This document shows, piece by piece, positions 18,319 through 27,375 of a stretch of DNA of 32,983 bases (position 1 is its first letter; every line of letters begins with the position of its first letter). The notes under the pieces are model-generated. The model saw only the letters and a list, made by a program, of their open reading frames with translations, searched no databases and was not told the origin of the DNA. A program made the position numbers and the translations under genes. Location of the stretch: sequence record SRR22947725_93. One strand, 5' to 3'.

Positions 18319-19177
18319 TAAAATTTTTTAATTCTCTATAAATGTTTTCTTTTGGTTTCCACCCAAAATTTTTATAAAATTTTTTCATACAGGCTTTAAT
18401 ATAAAGCTGTTTTTTATTTAAATTTTCTTTAATTTCTTGCTTTCCAAAAACCTTAAGGCAAATATTTTTAATTTCAAAATTTGTTTTAACATCACTGCTT
18501 CCTAAATTATAAACCCCTTTTTTAATTTTTTTAGTAGCAATACTATTAATAGTTTTTAATAAAAACTTAATATTAATATAATCATTGGCTTGATCATAAT
18601 TATTAAGTTCAAAATTTTTATTATTTTTAATTTTTTTTATACAATATGGTATTAACGACATTGCTCTTTGGTGTAATCCATAAATATAGAATATTCTAAT
18701 CCAATACCAATCAATTTTCTGATTATTATGAGCTTTAACTTTCAAATATTCTAAAATTTTAGCTTTTGTTTTTGCAAAATCTGATTGTGGTTTAAGCCTC
18801 ATGTTTTCCCTACAATATCCATTAATACCCTCATATTCTTTACAGGTTCCTGTAATTATTATCTTTTTACAGCTTTTATTTTGTAATGCAGCGTCAATCA
18901 GATTTTTTGATATTTTTAGATTTTTTTTACAATTAGATTTATTAAAATTTGGTATACCTTGCCACGCAAAGTGAATGACAAAAGATGGATTAATATCATT
19001 TATAATTGATATCAATTTTTTTTTATTACTCAAATCACATGAAATATTATTTATATTTTTACTTCTATTTTTTTTTGATCTTTGTATGGAAAATATCTGA
19101 TATTTTTTGTTTTTATAATTTTTTGAAATAAAATTTTTTCCTATAAACCCAGTCCCCCCAGTTAAAAGAATTTTCAT
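18311..19177 (-). CDS. NAD(P)-dependent epimerase/reductase family SDR (catalytic YxxxK altered to FxxxK)
   Basis: 288 aa. GGTGFIG, HFAW, TGTCKEY, DFAKTK and RIFYIYG. Paralogous in motif layout to 23587-24423. Confidence 0.8.
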   Translation of the reverse strand: MKILLTGGTGFIGKNFISKNYKNKKYQIFSIQRSKKNRSKNINNISCDLSNKKKLISIINDINPSFVIHFAWQGIPNFNKSNCKKNLKISKNLIDAALQNKSCKKIIITGTCKEYEGINGYCRENMRLKPQSDFAKTKAKILEYLKVKAHNNQKIDWYWIRIFYIYGLHQRAMSLIPYCIKKIKNNKNFELNNYDQANDYINIKFLLKTINSIATKKIKKGVYNLGSSDVKTNFEIKNICLKVFGKQEIKENLNKKQLYIKACMKKFYKNFGWKPKENIYRELKNFNV

Positions 19178-19704
19178 TTTATATAAGGAAGTTTTTTATC
19201 TTTTTTTGAAATTATTTTAATTTTATACGGCCATTTTACTTTTACATTTGGATCCTGATAATTTACACCACTCCCACTTCCAGGTACAAATTTTTTTGAC
19301 ATATAATAAAGAACTTTTGTATGATCATTTAGTGTAAGAAATGCACTTGCAAACCCAATTGGCACATACATTGCTAAACTATTATTTGTTTCGAGTGTTT
19401 TTGTAAATATTTTTAAGTATGACTTACTTTTTTTTCTAACATCTAATAAACATAAAAAGATCTTGCCTGACAAACAGGTTATTACTTTAGCTTCTCCGTA
19501 TGGATTTTTCTGGTAATGAAAACCTCTAAAAGTACCAGCTTTTAAATTTTGAGATAGATTTATTTGATTGAGATTTTTAAATATCTTATTTTTTAAAAAA
19601 ATTTCTTTACAAAATATTCTGGTAAATGAACCCCTATTATCTTTATTTTTTTTAAATTTAATTAATTTTAATCCATTGCTTGATTTAAAATTTGAAATTT
19701 TCAT
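19174..19704 (-). CDS. RmlC-type NDP-4-keto-sugar 3,5-epimerase (cupin)
   Basis: 176 aa. DNRGSF, QINLS, GTFRGFHYQ, EAKVITC, DVRKKS, VPIGFA, VLYY, DP...WP and SKKD. Confidence 0.9.
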   Translation of the reverse strand: MKISNFKSSNGLKLIKFKKNKDNRGSFTRIFCKEIFLKNKIFKNLNQINLSQNLKAGTFRGFHYQKNPYGEAKVITCLSGKIFLCLLDVRKKSKSYLKIFTKTLETNNSLAMYVPIGFASAFLTLNDHTKVLYYMSKKFVPGSGSGVNYQDPNVKVKWPYKIKIISKKDKKLPYIK

Positions 19705-20915
19705 ATTTTTTTTTCAATTATTTTCGGAAATGGTTTTAAAACCACTCCCTTAAATTTTTTAATTTTAAGATATTCAACTATTTCTTTATAAAAATTCCAT
19801 GACAATATAATTACATAGTTTTCTTTTTTCCATTCTACTTTAGAAGGGTTAATTATTTGAATTTTTGATCCAGGGGTATATTTATTATTTTTTAATGAGT
19901 TTTTATCACAAACATTCTTAATTAACCTATTGTTAATCTTACAATAATTCAAGAATGTAGAACTTCTTGCAGATGCTCCATATGCCATAATGTTTTTTTT
20001 ATTTTTTAAAAGGTTTTGAATTTTTAATTTATGATTTGATGCATCTTTTTCAAAATTCTGCCAAGTTTTCAATGAATTTATTTTTTCTTTATTTTCTTTT
20101 TTTAAAAAATCATTTAATTTTTTTGAAACAATATATTTTTTTTTAGCGAAAAAAACTATTAATGATCCACCACTTATTGGGCTGTTTTCTACATGATAAA
20201 GATTAAGTTTAAATTCTTTCAATAAATTTTTTAAATTTGTTAATGAATAATAAAAATAATGTTCATGATAAATGGAGTCATATTGAGTATCTTTTAATAT
20301 TTCTCTCGAATAGTGAAATTCAATTACTCCTAAAGATTCATTATGCATACACTCACTCATGCCTCTTAATATTTCTTTTGGATCTGGAACGTGTGGAAAA
20401 ACATTTCTTGCAAAAATCAAATCAAACATTCCATGTTTTTTTTTCATTAAATTACCAAATTTTTTGTTAAAAAAATTTGGATATGTTTTAATGCCTTCTT
20501 TATTGGCTTTTTTGGCTATATTTTTTGCAGGATCAACTCCTATACATAAATTTTTTTTATTTTGAAATTTTTTTAGAAAAGTTCCATCATTTGAGGCAAT
20601 TTCCAAAATCTTGTTAATTTTTATTTTTGAAAATTTATCAATGTAATTTTTAAATTTTTTTGCATGTAGCTGCGCAACTTTTGAGGTTCCTGTAACCCAA
20701 AAGTATTTTTCAAACATTATCTTTGGGTCTACATTGTGTGAAAGTTGACTAAGTCTGCATTTTTTACAAAAAACTAATTCTAAAGGAACCAAATACTCCT
20801 TTTCTTCTTGATTTGAAATTAAGTTATTTGCAAGTGGTTGTTTACCTAGGTTAATAATTTTCGTTAAATGTTTGCTTTTGCACAATCTGCAACATTTAAT
20901 TTTCTTGTGATTCAT
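19701..20915 (-). CDS. NDP-sugar C-methyltransferase (Zn-binding, TcaB9/NovU/EryBIII-like family), copy 2
   Basis: 404 aa. CRLC...CKKC Zn ligands, QPLAN, LEIASNDG, RNVFPHV, YDSIYHEH, GGSL, YGASA and YTPGSKI. Confidence 0.9.
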   Translation of the reverse strand: MNHKKIKCCRLCKSKHLTKIINLGKQPLANNLISNQEEKEYLVPLELVFCKKCRLSQLSHNVDPKIMFEKYFWVTGTSKVAQLHAKKFKNYIDKFSKIKINKILEIASNDGTFLKKFQNKKNLCIGVDPAKNIAKKANKEGIKTYPNFFNKKFGNLMKKKHGMFDLIFARNVFPHVPDPKEILRGMSECMHNESLGVIEFHYSREILKDTQYDSIYHEHYFYYSLTNLKNLLKEFKLNLYHVENSPISGGSLIVFFAKKKYIVSKKLNDFLKKENKEKINSLKTWQNFEKDASNHKLKIQNLLKNKKNIMAYGASARSSTFLNYCKINNRLIKNVCDKNSLKNNKYTPGSKIQIINPSKVEWKKENYVIILSWNFYKEIVEYLKIKKFKGVVLKPFPKIIEKKI

Positions 20916-21954
20916 TCTTTAACCATTCAAGTTTTTTGTTTAAATAACCATTTTCCATCAAATACTTTAGTTTATTTAATCTATTAGTTTTGATACCGAA
21001 CAAATCATCTTTGCTAAAATTTGTTTGATTAAAAAAATCATGCATTTCTTTTGCTCCATAATCTAAGTCACAAATTGGCTGATATATACTTTGATAATCG
21101 TTATGAATTTTTTCAAATGATACTTTGTATGTTCTTGAGTCTTTTCCATGTTCACCAGAATAAAATATATTTGCAGATGGATATTTTTTTTGAACTGAAT
21201 CTGCAATTTCCTTTACAGTATAATTGCCTCCTCTCTTACCAACATTATAACAATGATTATTACGTTCGTGTGAAAAATCATTTAAAACTGCTTTTGTTGC
21301 TAAACACATATCTTGAACATGAACTATTGGTCTGATGGGTGATCCATCACTTTTAATATCAATTGATCCGGTGGTAAAAGCATTGGCCATAAAATTATTA
21401 AAAACTATATCGGATCTAAGCCTAAGAGTTGACCCAAAAACTGTAGCTGGTCTTAAAACACTTACGTGAAATTTATCATCACCTAAACTTGTTATGTGCT
21501 GTTCTGCGTCCCACTTACTTATTGCGTATGCAGTTATAGGATCTTTTACACTGCTGTATTCATCAAGCTCTTCAGAAACTTTTGAAATTCCATAAATACT
21601 TTGAGTGGAGTAATACACAAATTTTTTTACACCACTTTTTTTACATAGATCAGCTAATTTGATTGTTGCATCTCTGTTAACACTATAAGTAATATCTTTT
21701 TCTAGTTCCCCCAAAGGATCATTAGACATTCCAGCCAGGTGAATTACCGCATCATATGTTCTTAAGTCTTCTAACTCTAAATTTCTAATATCTTTTCTTA
21801 TACTTTTGTAGTTTTCATTAGTTTTTCCTAAAGTGCAATTCTCAAAATAACCTATATCTAGTCCTTCGACTTCATAATTTAATTTTATTAAAAAATCTGT
21901 TAATAATGTTCCAATATAACCTTTATCACCTGTAACTAAAATTTTTTTTATCAT
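20896..21954 (-). CDS. NAD-dependent SDR, putative NDP-sugar C4-dehydrogenase (Cj1427-like)
   Basis: 352 aa. GDKGYIG, HLAGMSNDP, YAISK, RPATVFGSTLRLRSDIVFNNF, HVQD, YNVG...NYT and DSRTYKVSFEK. As recalled, these segments parallel C. jejuni Cj1427 (RLATVFG..PRMRLDLLVNDF, HVRD, DKRDYLVS). The SDR call is firm; the C4-oxidase role is inferred. Confidence 0.7.
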   Translation of the reverse strand: MIKKILVTGDKGYIGTLLTDFLIKLNYEVEGLDIGYFENCTLGKTNENYKSIRKDIRNLELEDLRTYDAVIHLAGMSNDPLGELEKDITYSVNRDATIKLADLCKKSGVKKFVYYSTQSIYGISKVSEELDEYSSVKDPITAYAISKWDAEQHITSLGDDKFHVSVLRPATVFGSTLRLRSDIVFNNFMANAFTTGSIDIKSDGSPIRPIVHVQDMCLATKAVLNDFSHERNNHCYNVGKRGGNYTVKEIADSVQKKYPSANIFYSGEHGKDSRTYKVSFEKIHNDYQSIYQPICDLDYGAKEMHDFFNQTNFSKDDLFGIKTNRLNKLKYLMENGYLNKKLEWLKNESQEN

Positions 21955-22003
21955 TTGAAGAATCCTCTTGTAAATTATAAGTATTTGTATTTTTGTTTTT
22001 AAA
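21955..22003 (-). promoter_or_regulatory. Possible internal promoter and ribosome-binding site upstream of the 20896-21954 SDR
   Basis: Lies in the largest intergenic gap (21955-22062). Minus-strand TATAAT at 21979-21974, a weak -35 (TTAAAA/TTTAAA, 17-18 nt upstream), and GAGGA at 21967-21963, 8 nt before the ATG. Such matches are weak evidence in AT-rich DNA. Confidence 0.35.
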
Positions 22004-22062
22004 TATTTTAATTTCTTTTATAGCAAAACAAACTTGATTTGAAGACTTGTTTATATATTTTA

Positions 22063-23049
22063 CTATCTTTCATCGTAATAAGTAATTCTTGATCCTGTTA
22101 AATCAAACTTAAAGTCAAAAAAAGGATAGTTTTTAAGATGTTTTTTTAGATTATTTTGTTTTTTTTTATCAATGTATAACAATAAAAAACCTCCTCCTCC
22201 AGCACCACAAATTTTTCCACCCGTAGCACCATTTTTTTTTGATAAACTATACATTTTATCAATTCTTGAATTTGAAATATTTTTTGTAGAAAGATTTTTT
22301 TTTAATTTCCAACCTTCATCTAATAGTTTGCCAATATTTTGAATTTTACTTTTTCCTTCAAATATTTTTCTAAATCCATCAACTTGTCCAACCATTTTCA
22401 AAAGTGTTTCATTTTTTTTACCAAAATCTATATTGCTGATTATTTTTGAAGCATTTCTCTGAATTTTTGTGTAAATTAAGATAAAGTTTTTTTCTAGCTT
22501 ATTTACAATCTGTTTTTTGTAAAATACTGGTTCTACTTTAACTGTATCATTAGAATTAAATGTAATTTCATTTATACCACCATAAGAAGCAGCATAATGG
22601 TCTTGTTTACCAATTTTCCTTTTAAGTTTATTTATCTCTAAATCTGCAGCAAGATCAGCTATGTATCCTTTTGTTTGTTGAATGTTTTTATATGCCAGTA
22701 TCGCGTTTATTAATCCAACTGCAAAAGTACTTGATGAACCAAGCCCTGAAGATTCTGGAGCATCTGAAAAAGTTGATATCTCAATAGCTTCATTAATTTT
22801 AAAAAATTTTAATGTTTCTCTAATAATTGGGTGTTTTATTTCATTAACACTATTACACTGCTCATACTTACTCCAACGTATCTTATATTTAAAATCAGTA
22901 ATATTTATTTGTTTTTTAATTATGACATATAGATATCTATTAATCCCAATGCTCAAGACTTTACCAAATTTATTTTTTTTATAATATTCTGGAATATCGC
23001 TACCTCCTCCTGCTAAACTTATTCTAAGAGGGGTTCTGGAAATTATCAT
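22063..23049 (-). CDS. hddA: D-glycero-alpha-D-manno-heptose-7-phosphate kinase (GHMP kinase)
   Basis: 328 aa. RTPLRISLAGGGSD, SGLGSSS, GKQDHYAASYGG and GGKICGAGGGGF. Adjacent to a GmhA-like gene. Confidence 0.85.
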   Translation of the reverse strand: MIISRTPLRISLAGGGSDIPEYYKKNKFGKVLSIGINRYLYVIIKKQINITDFKYKIRWSKYEQCNSVNEIKHPIIRETLKFFKINEAIEISTFSDAPESSGLGSSSTFAVGLINAILAYKNIQQTKGYIADLAADLEINKLKRKIGKQDHYAASYGGINEITFNSNDTVKVEPVFYKKQIVNKLEKNFILIYTKIQRNASKIISNIDFGKKNETLLKMVGQVDGFRKIFEGKSKIQNIGKLLDEGWKLKKNLSTKNISNSRIDKMYSLSKKNGATGGKICGAGGGGFLLLYIDKKKQNNLKKHLKNYPFFDFKFDLTGSRITYYDER

Positions 23050-23594
23050 GTTGATTTAAATTTAATCATATAATCAACAATCATCAAAAGCCAAACATGG
23101 TGTGTCATTTCAACTTTATTGTAAGATTTCGAGTCACACCAAAAATTTATTTTTCCTAATTTTCTTAAATTATTAGTTTTACCAAAACCTGTAAAAGTAA
23201 TTAAACTGATTTTTTGTCTTTTACAAAAATTTGCTGCATTAATCATATTCTTTGATTGTCCGCTACTACTTACTAAAATAACTAAATCATCTTTTTTTGC
23301 ATAACTTTTTAATGCCTGAGACAACCAATTTTCATAACCATAGTCGTTTGCAAAACATGTAATTAAATCTGCTTCATTAAAATTAGTTGCTCTTATTTTT
23401 GTTGTCTTTGTAAAGTCTACCGCCACATGACTTGATAAAGCGGCACTGCCACCATTGCCTGCAAGAATAATCTTTGCATCCTTTTTCTTTACTTTTTTTA
23501 TTAGTTCGATTGACTTATTTAGATCTTTGACATTTATATCATTCAATAAATTACTGAGATCTTGATTATAATTATTAACAAATTTATTATCCAT
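23046..23594 (-). CDS. gmhA: SIS-domain phosphoheptose isomerase (GmhA-like)
   Basis: 182 aa. AGNGGSAALSSH, TCFANDYGY, SSSGQSKN, ITFTG and VEMTH. Confidence 0.8.
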   Translation of the reverse strand: MDNKFVNNYNQDLSNLLNDINVKDLNKSIELIKKVKKKDAKIILAGNGGSAALSSHVAVDFTKTTKIRATNFNEADLITCFANDYGYENWLSQALKSYAKKDDLVILVSSSGQSKNMINAANFCKRQKISLITFTGFGKTNNLRKLGKINFWCDSKSYNKVEMTHHVWLLMIVDYMIKFKST

Positions 23595-24423
23595 AAAATC
23601 CTTTTAATATTTTCTTTAATTTAATATTGCAACCAAAAAAATTCATCGACTGATGATTATTCATTTTTAACACTCCTATTTTTATATTTATTTTAGATTT
23701 CAATTTTTTTTTCCAACTATATATCAAATCAACTAACTTTACACTTTTGCCAGAACACAGATTAACTATTCCAAAATCTGAATTCTTTACTGTTAGTTTA
23801 AATATGAATTCTGCAACCTTTTCAACAGGAAGATAATCTTTTTTTTGGGTACCTTTGGACATTTCAAAAGTTTTTTTGTTTTTATTTACTGAGTCTACAA
23901 ATTGACTGTAAATTGTTCTTCTAGATTCATTCTGTCCATAAATATAAAATATTCTCATCCAGGTAAATTTAAAAAAAGAATTTTTTTTTAACATTTGGGT
24001 TTTTTTTCTTAAACTGTCTTTTGCAATTGCATAATTTGTTACTGGGTTAGATTTATAACTTTCTTTAAGTTTACCCTCCCTCCCATATTCCAAACAGGAC
24101 CCAACAGCATAAATTGAAATTTTTGGATTTACTTTAATTAAAGATTTGTACAAATTTAAATGTTCAGAAACTTGAATTTTAATGTGAGTTTTTGAATTAA
24201 AGTCATTTAGATCATACCAAGCTAAATCTAATAGTGTGTCAAATTTTATACTTTTAAATTTGTCAGATAAAAGTTTTTTTGTTTTTATCCATGTAATTTT
24301 ATCAGATCTCTTATTATTTTTCTTCACATAGGTGCAATAAATTTTGTATTTATTTTTGATAAATAAATCTAAAACATATTGACCTATAAATCCTGTGGAG
24401 CCTGTAATAAGAATATTTTTCAA
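23587..24423 (-). CDS. NAD(P)-dependent NDP-4-keto-sugar reductase/epimerase (SDR)
   Basis: 278 aa, TTG start overlapping the upstream TGA. GSTGFIG, DLAW, GSCLEYG, YAIAK, RIFYIYG and NLCSG. Confidence 0.85.
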   Translation of the reverse strand: MKNILITGSTGFIGQYVLDLFIKNKYKIYCTYVKKNNKRSDKITWIKTKKLLSDKFKSIKFDTLLDLAWYDLNDFNSKTHIKIQVSEHLNLYKSLIKVNPKISIYAVGSCLEYGREGKLKESYKSNPVTNYAIAKDSLRKKTQMLKKNSFFKFTWMRIFYIYGQNESRRTIYSQFVDSVNKNKKTFEMSKGTQKKDYLPVEKVAEFIFKLTVKNSDFGIVNLCSGKSVKLVDLIYSWKKKLKSKINIKIGVLKMNNHQSMNFFGCNIKLKKILKGFYG

Positions 24424-25649
24424 AATATCTTAACTTTTGGATGATAAATTATAAATTTACACCCCCATTTCCTAACATAGCTTAACGATAAGGAAATTTC
24501 TTTAGCAATATTCCAGGGGAATATAACTATAAAATTAGGTTTCTCTCTTTTTATAAATTTTTCTGATACTATTGGAATTCTACTCCCTGGTAGATATTTA
24601 TTTTGTTTAAATTCATTTTTGTCAACAACACAATTAATCATGTCACTCTTTATGCCACAAAAATTCAACATGGTATTACCTTTGGCTGCCGCACCATAAC
24701 CAAATATGGTTTTGTTTTGTTTTTTAATTTTTAAAATTGTAGATAAAAATTCATTCTTTTTTGCAATAGTTTGTTTTGAAAATTTAGTATAAAAATTCAA
24801 ATTATTTAAACCAAGTTTTTTCTCATTTTTAACTATTGATTTTAAAGAAGATGTTTGTTTGAAGCTATTATTGGCATTATGAGTTATATATACTCTCAGA
24901 CTACCCCCCTGTGTGTCTACTTTTTCAATATCAAAAGCTTTTAAACCATTTCTTTTTAATATTTTAGAAAATGCTAAGAATGAATGATAAAAATAGTGTT
25001 CATGATAAATATTGTCAAAAACATTTTTTTTAATTAAATCAACTACATACTGAAACTCTATAGTAGCTATACCTTTATTTTGAAGTATTGTTTTAATTCC
25101 TTTAATAAAGCTATTTATATTTGGTATGTGCGCCAAAACATTGTTTGCAATTATCAAATCAAATTTATGATATTTTAATTTAATTTTTTTTGCCTGTTCA
25201 TTGTCGAAAAAAACTTCCAAAGTCTCAATTTTTTTTCTTCTTGATAGTTGCGCAGCTTTTGGTGTTGGCTCTATACCTAAAATTTTTGAAATATTTTCTT
25301 TTTGTTTAAAAAATTGTAATAAATATCCATCGTTAGAAGCTATTTCTAGTACCTTATTTTTTTTTTTATGTTTTAAAAACTTATCATAAATTTTGTTTAC
25401 ATATTTTTTTGAATAACTCAAAAGACTTTTGGAAACACTACTAAAATATGGATAATCTTTGTTAAATATTAATTTTGAATGAATATTATGACCTGCTTGA
25501 ACCAGCCAACAACTTTTACAAATCAAAACTTTTAATGGATACCACTGTTCTGCTTCGCCCAGCTCATTTATATAATTATTTGCAATTGGTGAGCTTCCCA
25601 AATCAACAAGGTTATAACTTATTTTTTTTTTACAAGATTTACAGATCAT
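24420..25649 (-). CDS. NDP-sugar C-methyltransferase (Zn-binding), copy 1
   Basis: 409 aa. CKSC...CKSCWLVQ, SPIAN, YPYFSS, LEIASNDGYLL, NNVLAH, FDNIYHEH, GGSLR, GYGAAAKGNT and LPGSRIPI. Confidence 0.92.
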   Translation of the reverse strand: MICKSCKKKISYNLVDLGSSPIANNYINELGEAEQWYPLKVLICKSCWLVQAGHNIHSKLIFNKDYPYFSSVSKSLLSYSKKYVNKIYDKFLKHKKKNKVLEIASNDGYLLQFFKQKENISKILGIEPTPKAAQLSRRKKIETLEVFFDNEQAKKIKLKYHKFDLIIANNVLAHIPNINSFIKGIKTILQNKGIATIEFQYVVDLIKKNVFDNIYHEHYFYHSFLAFSKILKRNGLKAFDIEKVDTQGGSLRVYITHNANNSFKQTSSLKSIVKNEKKLGLNNLNFYTKFSKQTIAKKNEFLSTILKIKKQNKTIFGYGAAAKGNTMLNFCGIKSDMINCVVDKNEFKQNKYLPGSRIPIVSEKFIKREKPNFIVIFPWNIAKEISLSLSYVRKWGCKFIIYHPKVKIF

Positions 25650-25650
25650 T

Positions 25651-27375
25651 TTAAGTCAAATTAATTTTTTTATTTTCAATCTTATAGATCTTATCACAAA
25701 TTTTTAAAGTTCTTATCTTATGACTTATAATCAAAAGTGTAATTTTACCTTTAAACTTAATCAATTCATCTAGTATTTGATCTTCACTTTCATTATCTAG
25801 TGAACTAGTAGACTCATCTAATATAAGTAATTTTGGAGAATAATATAATCCCCTTGCAATACCAATTCTTTGGACCTGGCCACCAGAAATAAGTGTTCCT
25901 TTTTCTCCTGTTGAGGATTTTACTCCGTTTTTTAAGGATTCAATAAAATCATTTAAATTTGATTGAATTAAAACCTCTGAAAGTTTTTTTTCCCTATCTT
26001 TTGTATTTCTCTCACCAAAGATAATGTTACTTTCAATAGTATTATCTTTTAAAAAAATATTTTGTGGAACATACCCTAAGTTTTTTTGCCAACCTTTTAA
26101 ATTTTTATTTATATCTACTCCGTCGACTAAAACTTTCCCTTTATCAACGTTTTTTAATCCACATATAATATTTATTAGAGTGCTTTTTCCTGTGCCACTT
26201 TTTCCTTCTATGCCAACTATTTCACCAAATTTTATTTGTAAGTTTGCATTATCAAATAAAACTTGATTTTGGTCATACTGAAAGGAAATATTTTCTATTT
26301 TTAAATCATTTTTAAAATGAAATATCTTTTCATTTGGAGTTTCAATATTTTTATTATTTTCTATTTGAGTGGAATTAAAAAGAAGGTTGTAAGTAGTATT
26401 AATAATTGGAGCAGCAAATCGAAAATTTACTAAGCACATTTGCAAAACCCCCAATGCTGGCAGTATTCTAAAAGATGCTGCAGCTAACAATGCCATTGTG
26501 GGTAAAATTACAACATTAAGATTATTTGAAACATACATAAGAAAGATAATAAATGAAAAAACTATGATTGCTGAAAATTCAGCAAATAATCTTGGTATCG
26601 AACTAATAAAAAATTGCTTTTTATTTATCGTTGTAGATGCTTTACAATAAATATTATACATCTCCTGATATTGTTTTTCGAATGATCCTAATTTAATATT
26701 TTTAAATAATCCTATAATTTCCTGAAGTTGTTTAATTCTTTTTGTTTCATTTTCTATCTTTGTTTCTGACCATAACATAGCTCTTTTTTTCGTAACCAAA
26801 TTTACTAAATAAAAAGATACTCCAATAAAAATCAAGCTAATAATTGATATTTCTGGCTCTAGCACCAATAATAGAATTAAAATTCCTACTATCAAAAAAA
26901 AATCTGAGATAAAATTTATTAACGATTTAATACCATAATCCACAAGGAGATTACATTGGTTAATAACAAGATTAAGCACATCAGAAGAATTATTTTTAAG
27001 AAAATAATCATAATTTTTATTAATCATAAAATCTAATAGATTTTTAGATATTTCATATTCCGATATAAAAATAATTTCACCCTTAAACCAAGCTAACCAA
27101 GATAAATAGATAAATTTTATAAAAAAAATTAAGAATAACAAGATAACTAATATTAAAATTATCTGATTTGAATTATAACCCATTTCTAGCATTTTTAGTG
27201 TAATGCTGTAATCATTAAGCTGACTTGGATCTGATATAAACAAAACAATTGGTAAAACAATTCCAATACTCATTGACTCTAAAAAAATCGCAATAAATAA
27301 ACAAAATATTAGAATATATAGTTTTTTTTTTTGAAAACTTAATAACTTAAGTACCTGTTTTATATTTTTATACAT
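25651..27375 (-). CDS. ABC half-transporter (TMD + NBD), PglK/Wzk-like lipid-linked glycan flippase
   Basis: 574 aa. About 6 TM segments, Walker A GKSGTGKST, YVPQ Q-loop, ISGGQ signature, LILDE Walker B and ISH H-loop. Confidence 0.88.
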   Translation of the reverse strand: MYKNIKQVLKLLSFQKKKLYILIFCLFIAIFLESMSIGIVLPIVLFISDPSQLNDYSITLKMLEMGYNSNQIILILVILLFLIFFIKFIYLSWLAWFKGEIIFISEYEISKNLLDFMINKNYDYFLKNNSSDVLNLVINQCNLLVDYGIKSLINFISDFFLIVGILILLLVLEPEISIISLIFIGVSFYLVNLVTKKRAMLWSETKIENETKRIKQLQEIIGLFKNIKLGSFEKQYQEMYNIYCKASTTINKKQFFISSIPRLFAEFSAIIVFSFIIFLMYVSNNLNVVILPTMALLAAASFRILPALGVLQMCLVNFRFAAPIINTTYNLLFNSTQIENNKNIETPNEKIFHFKNDLKIENISFQYDQNQVLFDNANLQIKFGEIVGIEGKSGTGKSTLINIICGLKNVDKGKVLVDGVDINKNLKGWQKNLGYVPQNIFLKDNTIESNIIFGERNTKDREKKLSEVLIQSNLNDFIESLKNGVKSSTGEKGTLISGGQVQRIGIARGLYYSPKLLILDESTSSLDNESEDQILDELIKFKGKITLLIISHKIRTLKICDKIYKIENKKINLT

